The position numbers and the translations under genes were made by a program. The notes under the pieces were generated by a model that saw nothing but the letters and a program-made list of their open reading frames with translations, had not been told where the DNA came from and made no database searches. Positions 10,382-20,005 of a stretch of 64,000 nucleotides of DNA are shown here, piece after piece. Source of the stretch: a virus. Numbering within the stretch: the stretch's first letter is position 1; every line of letters starts with the position of its first letter. The DNA lies in the IMG/VR virus record IMGVR_UViG_3300028029_000006, positions 1-64,000 of that record, one strand, 5' to 3'.

Positions 10382-12697
10382 ATGAACATACTTGATAAAC
10401 TTAAGGACGGGGTTCTTTCATTAGACCCCGTTCATTTCGTTCAAAACAATTTAACATTAGATGGAAAGCCATTTAGACTTTACGGAAATGGATATAAACC
10501 ATTTTGCGATATTTACCGTTATATCGGAATTAGAGCTTTAGATAAAAACTCAAAACCAGTTGTCTTGGTTAAAGGACGTCAGGTTGGGGCTACTACCATG
10601 GCTGCAGCTTTGGAGTTGTTTTTCGTTGCTTCTGGAAATTTTGGAATTAATGGAAGGGCCCCTATGAGGGTTTTGCACGCATTTCCTTTATTAGATATTG
10701 CTTACCAGTATTCGAAAACTAAATTGAATCCGATGATTACTGGAGCTGTTCAAGATAAAACGTCTAAACTAAAAGGAAAACCAAGAAGCAAAATTGAAGC
10801 AAAAATTGACAAATCAGTATCTTCAAATAACTCTCTTAACTTTAAACAGTTTGAAAATGGTAATCATATTCAAATTGAATCAACTGGATTAAATGCAGAT
10901 AGACTTAGAGGTCGACAACTTTGTTTAGAAACTGAATTACCTACTCCTAATGGATTTGTTAAATTAAAAGACTTAAAACTTGGAGATGAACTTTTTGATG
11001 AAAATGGAGAAATTTGTAAAGTCACAAAATTACATCCAATTCAAGAAAGCCCAGAATCTTATCAAATAACTTTTGATAATGAAACTACAGTTGATGCTTG
11101 CGCAGAACATTTATGGTTAACTTATACCAAACGAGATGCAAAACTAAAAATTAAGAATACCAAAGAAATTTTATATACGATTAAAGATAACCATTCAATT
11201 CCTGGATCTAAAAAAGAGTCTAAAGTAAAACAAAGATTTATTAAATCAATAAAATCTATTAAATCAAAACCTATGAGGTGTATTACTGTTGATAGTCAAT
11301 CTCATTTGTATTTAATAACTAGACAATATATTCCTACTCATAATACTGTAGATTGCATACTATACGACGAATTTCAAGACATGAATCGTACAGCTTATGT
11401 TAACTCATCTCAAATTTTAGCTAAAGCTCAATATGGAATTCCAGGGAAAGGAATTCGAGTTTTATTTGGAACTCCTAAACAAAAAGGAACAGTTTATTGG
11501 GATATTTGGCAGAATTCAACTCAACAATATTATTATTTGGGATGTGAGAAGTGCGAAAAACACTTTCCACTATATACGCCAGAATCAGATGAATGGGAAA
11601 GTATTTGGATTGAGGATGATGGATTAGCTGAAAGTCACCCCAATAAAGGTTTTATTGTTAAATGCACTCATTGTGATCATAAACAAGATAAACGTCCAGC
11701 TGCTGAAAGAGGAAAGTGGGTAGCTACAAAACCTGATGATGAATGTGAATATATTGGATTTCATATTAATCAGCTTTATATGCCAGATTTTCGTCGTAAA
11801 GATATTATCAGTAAAAAACCTGAAAATAATGTTGAATATACAGAACGAGCCTGGATGAATGAGATTTTGGGTGAATTTTACGCAGGTGATGCAGCTCCCC
11901 TTACTCCAGAAGAAGTAAAAGAATTTTGTGGAGATATGGATAGAAGTTATAGCCTAGGTATTTCAATTTCAGATCAAAGAGAAATTCATTTAGGTTGTGA
12001 CTGGGGAGATAAAATTGATATGAGTCAATTTTCAATTGGTGATCGTGAAAAGAAAACCAGAGGACAATCTTATAGTTCAGCAGTTGTTATAGCTGTTGAT
12101 GGTAGTGGATTAGTTAGCATCGAATATGCCGGACTTTTAAAAAGAAATGATTTCGAATATAAAAAATCTTTAGTTAATGAGCTTTTTAGGCGATATTCAA
12201 TTAATGGTGCTGTAGGTGATATTGGACACGCCAATGACTTAACTGAAGTTTTACATGCTGATTATGGTGATAAGTTTTTAGGATCAAGAGCAACTGGAAG
12301 TATGACCAATCATATTAAATTTATGGATGATATTTTTCCAAAAGAAATTAGATTTGATAAAAATCATTATATTGCTGAATTATTAGATTTAATGAAACAT
12401 GGTAAGATTAGGTTTCCATATAAAAAATATGAACAAGTTGGTTGGTTAGTTAACCATTGTACTAGTATGGAAATTAAACCATCTCTAGATAGAGCAGGAA
12501 ATATTAAAATTGGTTATGTAAAAGGAAGTACGCCTAATGATGGATTTATGGCTTTACTAAACGCTTGGTTGTCTTACAAATTTTCTATCACTAAAGGTTT
12601 TAAAGTTAAAAACCCTAAAGATATGAGATCATCTAAATTTAGTGGTCCTCCAATTATAGGAGCGTATATTCCTGAATTGAACCCTTGGAAGAAATAA
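10382..12697 (+). CDS. terL: Terminase large subunit (lambda gpA-like) with intein; about 628 aa after splicing
   Basis: Walker A KGRQVGATT; Walker B ILYDE right after intein; GTP motif; CEKC/CTHC Zn pair; GFHINQL; nuclease GCDWG and C-terminal PNDGF. Confidence 0.9.
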   Translation: MNILDKLKDGVLSLDPVHFVQNNLTLDGKPFRLYGNGYKPFCDIYRYIGIRALDKNSKPVVLVKGRQVGATTMAAALELFFVASGNFGINGRAPMRVLHAFPLLDIAYQYSKTKLNPMITGAVQDKTSKLKGKPRSKIEAKIDKSVSSNNSLNFKQFENGNHIQIESTGLNADRLRGRQLCLETELPTPNGFVKLKDLKLGDELFDENGEICKVTKLHPIQESPESYQITFDNETTVDACAEHLWLTYTKRDAKLKIKNTKEILYTIKDNHSIPGSKKESKVKQRFIKSIKSIKSKPMRCITVDSQSHLYLITRQYIPTHNTVDCILYDEFQDMNRTAYVNSSQILAKAQYGIPGKGIRVLFGTPKQKGTVYWDIWQNSTQQYYYLGCEKCEKHFPLYTPESDEWESIWIEDDGLAESHPNKGFIVKCTHCDHKQDKRPAAERGKWVATKPDDECEYIGFHINQLYMPDFRRKDIISKKPENNVEYTERAWMNEILGEFYAGDAAPLTPEEVKEFCGDMDRSYSLGISISDQREIHLGCDWGDKIDMSQFSIGDREKKTRGQSYSSAVVIAVDGSGLVSIEYAGLLKRNDFEYKKSLVNELFRRYSINGAVGDIGHANDLTEVLHADYGDKFLGSRATGSMTNHIKFMDDIFPKEIRFDKNHYIAELLDLMKHGKIRFPYKKYEQVGWLVNHCTSMEIKPSLDRAGNIKIGYVKGSTPNDGFMALLNAWLSYKFSITKGFKVKNPKDMRSSKFSGPPIIGAYIPELNPWKK
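10916..11344 (+). mobile_element. Class-3 mini-intein (143 aa) in terminase
   Basis: Begins QLCLETELPTP; block B EHLW; block F MRCITVD; ends PTHN followed by Thr; removal gives RLRGR-TVDCILYDE. Confidence 0.85.
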
Positions 12698-12699
12698 TG

Positions 12700-12721
12700 C
12701 TTCGGAGTTAAAACTCCGAAG
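12700..12721. terminator. Hairpin between convergent terL and phoH
   Basis: Inverted repeat cttcggagtt-aa-aactccgaag. Confidence 0.6.
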
Positions 12722-12730
12722 CCGTTTAAT

Positions 12731-14035
12731 TTAAAGTAATAAAGCAGCTTCTTCAGCCAATGGACTTCTCTCTCCTTTTTTAAGAGAGACATGGCCGGCT
12801 AATTCAGAACCCTTAAATTTATCAACAACATATGTTAACCCATTATTAAGAGCATCTAATTGATGAGCATCAATTTGTTCGATATCGCCTGTTAAAACGA
12901 TTTTTGATCCTTCCCCAGCTCTAGTTAAGATGGTTTTAATATCTGCTTGAGTTATATTTTGAACCTCATCTACTAGGATGAAAGTATCTGAAATACTTCT
13001 TCCTCTAATATAAGCAAGGGCTTCTATTTGAATTTGATCAGAAAATTGGCCCAAACAATCTTTCCAATTATTTTTATTCCTAGAATTATTTTTAAATCTA
13101 TTAACTGAAAGTATTTCTACACTATCTTTAATTGCCCCCATCCAAGGATCTAATTTTTCATCCAAAGTTCCTGGCAAATAACCCATTTCAGCCCCTACAG
13201 ATTGAATAGGTCTAAATATCATCATTTTTTTATAAATTTTCAATGATGCTACAGACTCAATTCCTGCCGCCATTGCCAAAATAGTTTTTCCACTTCCGGC
13301 CATACCTACCAAAGAAACTAAAGGAATATCAGGATCCATTAATAAATCTAAAGCAATTGCTTGTTCAGCATTTCCTTTTCTTGCCTCTAAACCCCAAGCC
13401 TTAGTTTGGTTGACAAATTTAATTTTACTACCTTTTTTTCTGCCATAAGCAATTGTTTTTCTTTTTTCATTTAAGAAAATAACACTTTCGTTAGGTAATA
13501 ATTTAGTTAATTGGTGATTTTCACAACAATCAATCATATAATATTCTTTTAACATTTCCCCACAACGTTCATCAACAATTGTTTTAATTCCACCATAAAT
13601 TTCTTCAACAGAAGATCTTTCTTTTTTATGACTAACTGCATCAACACCAAGAGTCCTAGCTTTAAGTCTTAAACTAATGTCTTGAGATATCACAGTAACT
13701 GAACTATATTTGTTTAAACAAACAGCACAAGCTATTAATACATCATCTGTATAATTTTGATCTCCAAAATCAACTTCATAATGATTTGAGTCAATTTTAA
13801 CTAAAGTTTGTTCTCCTATATAAATTCCTTCTGAAATATTTTCTTGTTCGGAAACCTCATCTAGCATTCTAATGAAAACTCTAGCATTTCGACCTACTTC
13901 TCCTGGAGTGGTCTTTAGCTTATCTAGCTCTGCAAGAACTTTTATGTGAATGATAATATCTGAATCTGGGAAACTATCCAAACAATATGGGTCTGAGATA
14001 ATTGTTGAAGTGTCTAGTACGTATGTTTTTTTCAT
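12731..14035 (-). CDS. phoH: PhoH2-like PIN domain plus PhoH ATPase
   Basis: PIN YVLDTS..ELD..DD; GMAGSGKT, GYLPG, YIRGRS, DEVQN, TRAGEGSKIVLTGDIEQID. Confidence 0.92.
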   Translation of the reverse strand: MKKTYVLDTSTIISDPYCLDSFPDSDIIIHIKVLAELDKLKTTPGEVGRNARVFIRMLDEVSEQENISEGIYIGEQTLVKIDSNHYEVDFGDQNYTDDVLIACAVCLNKYSSVTVISQDISLRLKARTLGVDAVSHKKERSSVEEIYGGIKTIVDERCGEMLKEYYMIDCCENHQLTKLLPNESVIFLNEKRKTIAYGRKKGSKIKFVNQTKAWGLEARKGNAEQAIALDLLMDPDIPLVSLVGMAGSGKTILAMAAGIESVASLKIYKKMMIFRPIQSVGAEMGYLPGTLDEKLDPWMGAIKDSVEILSVNRFKNNSRNKNNWKDCLGQFSDQIQIEALAYIRGRSISDTFILVDEVQNITQADIKTILTRAGEGSKIVLTGDIEQIDAHQLDALNNGLTYVVDKFKGSELAGHVSLKKGERSPLAEEAALLL

Positions 14036-14117
14036 ATTTTATTCTCTTTATAAATTAAAACTAATAACCTCCTAATGATATATATTATGTTATAAACCCT
14101 GAATTATTATCGTGCAT

Positions 14118-14195
14118 CATATGCTTTGTTTCTCCTTAATAGGACCTGTAATCATATGCAAAAAAATTAATACATATGATAGGGTTACACATATG
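14118..14195. promoter_or_regulatory. Four CATATG palindromes in the divergent phoH/portal intergenic region
   Basis: CATATG at 14118, 14153, 14173, 14190. Confidence 0.45.
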
Positions 14196-14264
14196 CTATA
14201 TCTCACAAAAAGCACTTATCAATAAAAAGACCTTAACTAATGAACTATAAAATTACGGTGACAC

Positions 14265-16067
14265 ATGGTTGAAACATATTTAGAAAAATTTATCAAAAAC
14301 GCTGGTGCTCCTCCAATGGCAACTGAGAAGATGGTTAGAAGCGTTAGTAAGTATCGCAGAGAGATTTTAGAAGAAGAAGTAGCACAAGGTAAATTTAGAG
14401 AACGTGGTAATACAGGTTACTCATCTCCCCATATTAATTTAAAAAGTGATGCCGGAACTGTTATTGGCTCCTCAATGAACAAAACCGCATCTTTTAGCTC
14501 ATCTGGTGGTGGGAACAGTTGGGGAGGCTCTGGAGGAACAGTTAGGCAAGCACCAGAAATTTATTCACCTTTGTGGCTTAATTCCAACATTAACTTGCCA
14601 CGTGATAATGCGACTATTAATGCTTGGAGCCGCGCTTTCATGGCTTTAAATCCAATTGTACAAAATGCAATAACTCTTCATTCAACTTACCCAATTTCAA
14701 AATTAAACATTACTTGTAAAGACGAAAAAATTCAACAGTTTTTTCAAGATATGTCTGAAGAAATTGGGCTTATGAATATTTGCAGCCAAATAGCTCAAGA
14801 ATATTGGGTATTAGGAGAAGCTTTTCCATATGCTGAATTAGATGAAACTACAGGTAAGTGGAGTAGAATAATTCTTCAAAACCCTGATTATGTTGCTGTT
14901 AAAAATTCTGCAGTTGCTGGGGAGCCCGTTCTTAGTTTACGTCCAGATGAAAATTTAAAAAGAATTGTTAATTCTAATAGACCTACTGATTTACAGCAAA
15001 AACAAAGATTAGACAGATCTATTATTGAACATGTTAAGCGTGGAGAAAATATTCCATTAAGCAATTTTTATGCTTCACATATTGCAAGAAGACTTAGTCC
15101 ACAAGAAACTAGAGGAACCAGTTTAATTGTATCATGTTTTAGAAGCTTAATGCTTTATGATAAGTTAAATGAATCTAAATTTGCTCAAAGCGATAATATG
15201 ATTAACCCTTTAACTTTGGTGAAAGTAGGAGCCGGAGCAGATGGTTTTAAACCAAGTCAAGAGGATTTAGAGGCTTATCGTCAGGTCTTCGAGCAAGCAA
15301 CCTATGATAAAGATTTTAAGATTTTTACCCATGATGCAGTTACAGTAGAAAGAATTGGTTACGGTGCTGGAATTATCGATGTTGCCCCTGATATGGAAAG
15401 ACTTACAAAAGAAATCTATATAGGTTTATTTATTCCTCAAGTTCTTATGGATGGTGGCGGAGATGTAACTTACGCCAATGGTGGAATTACTTTAGATGTT
15501 CTTAAACAGCGTTATTTCAGATTTAGGAATATGCTTTCAGATTGGCTTAGGACCAAAATTTTTGCTCCTATTTCTAAAATTAATGAATTTTATGAATACA
15601 AAGATGGAAAAAAAGTTCTAATAGTTCCTGAAATTGAATGGAATCACATGTCATTATTTGACGCGGGTGATTATATTTCCACTTTAACAACATTAAGGTC
15701 CGCTGATCCAGAAAATAAAGAAGTATCATTGCAAACTATTTATAAGTCACTTGGTTTAGATTACAAAAATGAAAGAAGACAACAAAAAATGGAAGCTATT
15801 GATGATGCTATTTTTACTGCTGAAAAACTAGCTTTGAAAGGTTACACTTTGAATGAGCTTAGAAATTTGGGCCCTGATGATGCTATTGAAATGAAAGATG
15901 AAGACGCACTTCCAGGTGAACAAGAAAACGACCAAGAAGGCGGAGCAGGTGGCGGAGGAATTGATTTAGGTCTTCCTGGTGGGGCGCCAGATTTAGGAGG
16001 AGGTCTTGAAGGGCCACCAGGCTTGCCACCTGAAGGTGGGGTTGAAGAATTCGTTCCTCCAGTATAA
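14265..16067 (+). CDS. Portal protein
   Basis: Near terL; PIVQNAITLH..QEYWVLGEAFPY..ILQNPDYV..RGTSLI portal-like pattern; Gly/Pro/acidic tail; NKTA near N-terminus. Confidence 0.75.
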   Translation: MVETYLEKFIKNAGAPPMATEKMVRSVSKYRREILEEEVAQGKFRERGNTGYSSPHINLKSDAGTVIGSSMNKTASFSSSGGGNSWGGSGGTVRQAPEIYSPLWLNSNINLPRDNATINAWSRAFMALNPIVQNAITLHSTYPISKLNITCKDEKIQQFFQDMSEEIGLMNICSQIAQEYWVLGEAFPYAELDETTGKWSRIILQNPDYVAVKNSAVAGEPVLSLRPDENLKRIVNSNRPTDLQQKQRLDRSIIEHVKRGENIPLSNFYASHIARRLSPQETRGTSLIVSCFRSLMLYDKLNESKFAQSDNMINPLTLVKVGAGADGFKPSQEDLEAYRQVFEQATYDKDFKIFTHDAVTVERIGYGAGIIDVAPDMERLTKEIYIGLFIPQVLMDGGGDVTYANGGITLDVLKQRYFRFRNMLSDWLRTKIFAPISKINEFYEYKDGKKVLIVPEIEWNHMSLFDAGDYISTLTTLRSADPENKEVSLQTIYKSLGLDYKNERRQQKMEAIDDAIFTAEKLALKGYTLNELRNLGPDDAIEMKDEDALPGEQENDQEGGAGGGGIDLGLPGGAPDLGGGLEGPPGLPPEGGVEEFVPPV

Positions 16068-16156
16068 TTCACTCAACATAACATTTGAGGCATAATAAAG
16101 TATAATATTGATTAACTGTGTTCCAACTGCGTTTGGTCAATTTATAGAGGAAAAAT

Positions 16157-17494
16157 ATGCCTAAAAATGATGAAATCATTATTATAACTGCGGCTCGGCC
16201 AGGTCTGTGGGCCAAAGAAAGATTAACTCCATCTGCCATTAAACGTTGGCTTGGTGAAAAATTCTACAAAGATTATGGCAAAACTATGAAAAAGTTACGC
16301 CAAATTGATGATGCGATTTATGAATGGGTTAAAGATATTGAAGTATTAAACAAACAATTAAAGGAAAAAAGAAAATCTCCTGGACCAATGACTGACAAAA
16401 AAGTTATTGATATTGCAATCTTATTAGGTTCTATTAATAAAAGATTTAAGAAAATTAATCATGCAGGTGATATTCTTGAAGATATGAACGAAAAATATCT
16501 GGAAAACTTTGAAGATCAATATACTTTAGAGGTTCCAGATAATGGAGAAATTTATGAATTAGACTCAGGTGAACGTGAAGAAATTGAAATGCTTCGTGAA
16601 GATGAAGACGAAGACGAAGCTGAAGATGGTTCTGATGATATATTTGCTACTGCTGGATTCTGGAATGATTTAAAGCAAAAATGGGTTTCTCGCAAACTTG
16701 AAAGAGATGATGAAAAGAAACGTAGAAAAGAAATAAATTCTATCAGTCAAAAAGCTGAGAAAATGGTGCGCTCTTTAAAGAAATACCTCAAAAACTTAAG
16801 CAAAGCTAGGGCCGCTGGAGATGTTGGTCAATATTTAGATACAATTAATATTATCAGTCAAAAACAACAAAGTTTTGAAAATGATTTCTCCGAAGTTTAT
16901 AATAATTACGTTCGGGGCCCTGTAGAGAAAATGCTTGAAGAACAAGCCCCCGCAACTATTCAAGACTCACCTAATACAGAAGATATGACAGAACAAATTC
17001 CTTCTACTATTCCTGGAGAACCAACAATTCCAGAATCAATTGAGGTAGAATTACCTGAGATTCCTTCTTTAGACCTTCCAATTAAACATATGAAGCGGCC
17101 AGAATCAGATCCTATTCCTTCAACTTATCCGGCAGACTACCCTTCAGTTTATCCTTCAACAAAAGATCAATTTAAATGGCCTTCAACCCGACGAAAAGTT
17201 CCAGTACTTGATGAAGAAACTCCTTCAACCCAACCTGCTTCTCAACAAAATCTGCCTTCAATTGAATTTGAAGGAATTTCACCTGAAGAAATGGATATTC
17301 CACCAACTTTACGATCTCAAAGAACTGCTTTGGAAGCAAAACTTTTCTTAGAAGGAATTAAGAAAATTTCAAATCCATATGAAAAAGCTGCATTAATTGC
17401 CAAGTACTCAGAAAGATTTGAAGATACTAATTCTGACAAGAGTATTAAACTTTTAACTATTGCTGAAAATATCATCCGAAATGCTAAACGATAA
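16157..17494 (+). CDS. Hypothetical coiled-coil/Pro-rich head-region protein
   Basis: SD gagga; two similar helical blocks following TAA and ATA motifs. Confidence 0.55.
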   Translation: MPKNDEIIIITAARPGLWAKERLTPSAIKRWLGEKFYKDYGKTMKKLRQIDDAIYEWVKDIEVLNKQLKEKRKSPGPMTDKKVIDIAILLGSINKRFKKINHAGDILEDMNEKYLENFEDQYTLEVPDNGEIYELDSGEREEIEMLREDEDEDEAEDGSDDIFATAGFWNDLKQKWVSRKLERDDEKKRRKEINSISQKAEKMVRSLKKYLKNLSKARAAGDVGQYLDTINIISQKQQSFENDFSEVYNNYVRGPVEKMLEEQAPATIQDSPNTEDMTEQIPSTIPGEPTIPESIEVELPEIPSLDLPIKHMKRPESDPIPSTYPADYPSVYPSTKDQFKWPSTRRKVPVLDEETPSTQPASQQNLPSIEFEGISPEEMDIPPTLRSQRTALEAKLFLEGIKKISNPYEKAALIAKYSERFEDTNSDKSIKLLTIAENIIRNAKR

Positions 17495-19484
17495 TTTCAT
17501 TAAAACAGCTAATCAACTTAATAACACTAGTCAAAAAGATGTTGTTAAAGTTGCTAATTTAGTTCGTAAACTACAAAATCTTTGGAGATCTTGGTCTGAT
17601 CCTGATCATCAAGAAACTGTTGCTAGATTACGAGAAGAAGCTGCCGGCACTTTACATAGTGCTGATAAACTTATAGATAATCTTAAGGGTCTTAATTTAG
17701 CTATTAACTCTGGAAATGTTGAAGATTATGTTGGAGCTTTAAACTTAGTTAAAATGGAAATAGAGAATCTCGAACATGAAGTTGAAGAATTAAAAGTTGG
17801 AGCAAATGCTGAATTTAATGAAACTGCAAGTAATTTACCTGAAGGTTTCGATTTAAATTTAGAAACTGAGTATGAAACCCCGTTAAAGGAATTTTCTTGG
17901 TTTAAAAATAGAGAACCTGATTTATATTTTGGTGCTGAGCCTACTAAACATTTATTGTTAAGAACTTTAAATGCGACTAAACCTATTTATTCAGATCGTA
18001 GTGAATTTGTTAAAAAACATTTAGATGGCCCAAACTTAAAACAATTTTTGCAAAACTTTATTTATGCTGTTTTTAATGGTATTTTAAAAGGTAAAATTAA
18101 AGAAACACCAAATGGTAGAGCTTTAAAAGTAGAAACTGCATCGTTTTCAATTCCTAATTTACCTGATATTCAGTTAACAGCAACTGTTAGGTTAATGGAT
18201 AATACACGTGGTTTAAATGCAAGAATGTCTTTAAGAAGTACAGATAATGTTATTATGACATCAGGTGCTCAAAAACCAATTGTTACTCCAGAAAAAAACG
18301 AACCCATAATTCAAGAAGAAGAGATTGAAGAATTACCAATTATTGAAACTTCTAGAAAATATGCTTTAACTAAATTATCTTTATATAACCAGCGTTTACC
18401 ATATCAAGTAACTAAATTATCTGATGTAGAGTTTGCTGAAGCTTTAAAGGAGGGTTATAAGAAAGCTTTTGGAAAAACTCCAACAGCAGAAATACTAGCT
18501 GGAGCTTGGGCACAAGCAACACTAGAAAGTGGACGACCTGTTAAATTACCTAATAATAATATTGGAAACATCAAAGCTACTAGCGGTTGGATTAATGCAG
18601 GTAGCCCATATTTTATTAAAGACACAGCTGAGTTTACAGGTAAAGGAGAAAAATACATTCATAGAAGAGCAAAATGGAGAGCTTATAGTTCTCCCATAAC
18701 TGGCGCTGTTGGTTATTGGAACCTAATTGGGGGCCGATATTCAAAAGCTATGGAGTGGATGGCTGCAGGAGACCCTCAGAGTGCTTCAATAGCTTTAGGA
18801 TTAAAAGGTTATTACACTGCTAGTCCTAAACAATATGCAACATCAGTTGGCCGCATTTATGATTATTTCATGAAAAAGATTTATCCACAAATTTCTGATG
18901 TAAAATCTGATCCAACTCCTCCTCCTGGGCCAAAACCTGAACTTAAAAAGTGGACCAATGATTATTCTAAAGAGGAAAAGAAGGCTATTTTAGCTCCTAA
19001 AAAAGAAGTTATCGAAGAAACTGTAATATTAGAAGAAGATGATGATGATGATTATATTAGTAAGTTAATGAAAAGATTAGTTGGTAATAAACCTTTAACT
19101 AAATTAGTTAAAAGAAGTATTCTTAAAAATCAATCAGGGAAAGTTATGATTTCATTATCATCTAAATCTTCCAAGATTGAAATTGTTGAGTTTGCTAATG
19201 TTCTATCATCAGTTATTAGAAAACTTCTTAGAGTTAATGCTGACGTTTGTTGTGATGAAAATAATATAGAAATTAATTGTTACGGATTAGTTAATTCTGA
19301 AAAGTTAGCCATTGCAGCTCAAGAATTATCTAGCGTAACATCTAAAACCATGTTTGACAAAACTGGTTCATTTATTTCTCCAACGGTTTTGCCTGAATGT
19401 TCATCTAAATTTAACATTTTAGATATTGATGATATTTTATCAAATCAAAGAAAATACAACTTAAAAAGGATTTCTAATGAGTGA
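17481..19484 (+). CDS. Probable virion protein with GH73/FlgJ-like glucosaminidase domain
   Basis: AQATLESG..NNIGNIKA..WRAYSS..GYYTA; KTAN and KVAN at N-terminus. Confidence 0.75.
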   Translation: MLNDNFIKTANQLNNTSQKDVVKVANLVRKLQNLWRSWSDPDHQETVARLREEAAGTLHSADKLIDNLKGLNLAINSGNVEDYVGALNLVKMEIENLEHEVEELKVGANAEFNETASNLPEGFDLNLETEYETPLKEFSWFKNREPDLYFGAEPTKHLLLRTLNATKPIYSDRSEFVKKHLDGPNLKQFLQNFIYAVFNGILKGKIKETPNGRALKVETASFSIPNLPDIQLTATVRLMDNTRGLNARMSLRSTDNVIMTSGAQKPIVTPEKNEPIIQEEEIEELPIIETSRKYALTKLSLYNQRLPYQVTKLSDVEFAEALKEGYKKAFGKTPTAEILAGAWAQATLESGRPVKLPNNNIGNIKATSGWINAGSPYFIKDTAEFTGKGEKYIHRRAKWRAYSSPITGAVGYWNLIGGRYSKAMEWMAAGDPQSASIALGLKGYYTASPKQYATSVGRIYDYFMKKIYPQISDVKSDPTPPPGPKPELKKWTNDYSKEEKKAILAPKKEVIEETVILEEDDDDDYISKLMKRLVGNKPLTKLVKRSILKNQSGKVMISLSSKSSKIEIVEFANVLSSVIRKLLRVNADVCCDENNIEINCYGLVNSEKLAIAAQELSSVTSKTMFDKTGSFISPTVLPECSSKFNILDIDDILSNQRKYNLKRISNE

Positions 19485-19782
19485 TATAATTTTACATGGA
19501 TTTGCAGCAGCTTTAATGAATTTTTATAAAAATAAAATTATTGAAGTTAATACTGGTGAAATAAAAACCACTCATATCATGGATCAGTTTCAGCATGAAG
19601 TTAAACATTTAATTCGTGGAGAATTAATTGACGCTTTTGGTGATGCTATTATGCTTAGATGTCTTATTAAAGGTGGAACAAAAGATATAATGATTAATTG
19701 TTGGTCTATTAATTCTGTTGTTGAAACAGAAACTCCAGGATCTTTAACAGATGTATATCGGGATTCTAATGCCAAAAAGTAA
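19477..19782 (+). CDS. Hypothetical protein
   Basis: Overlaps both neighbours; SD agga. Confidence 0.55.
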   Translation: MSDIILHGFAAALMNFYKNKIIEVNTGEIKTTHIMDQFQHEVKHLIRGELIDAFGDAIMLRCLIKGGTKDIMINCWSINSVVETETPGSLTDVYRDSNAKK

Positions 19783-20005
19783 CACAAGAAAAAAACAATT
19801 AAACTTTTTAAGTAAATTAGCTAAAGAAGAAGATACTTCTACTTACTCATCTACTATGAGAGATCTTAATAAGAAAAAAGAATTTGATAAAAGAAAAATA
19901 TTCATGAAAGCTTTTAAAAAAGCTTTTGATGATGCTATGAATCAAAGCCTTGATGATCATCAAATGATAGCTTTATTAGAAGCTAAACAGGAGATTGATG
20001 CCTGA
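19769..20005 (+). CDS. Small hypothetical protein
   Basis: ORF overlapping neighbours; SKLA motif. Confidence 0.5.
   Translation: MPKSNTRKKQLNFLSKLAKEEDTSTYSSTMRDLNKKKEFDKRKIFMKAFKKAFDDAMNQSLDDHQMIALLEAKQEIDA

Noticed and set aside
10407-10432. Hairpin acggggt..accccgt at the start of terL
   Set aside because: Single short stem within coding sequence; no supporting evidence of function.
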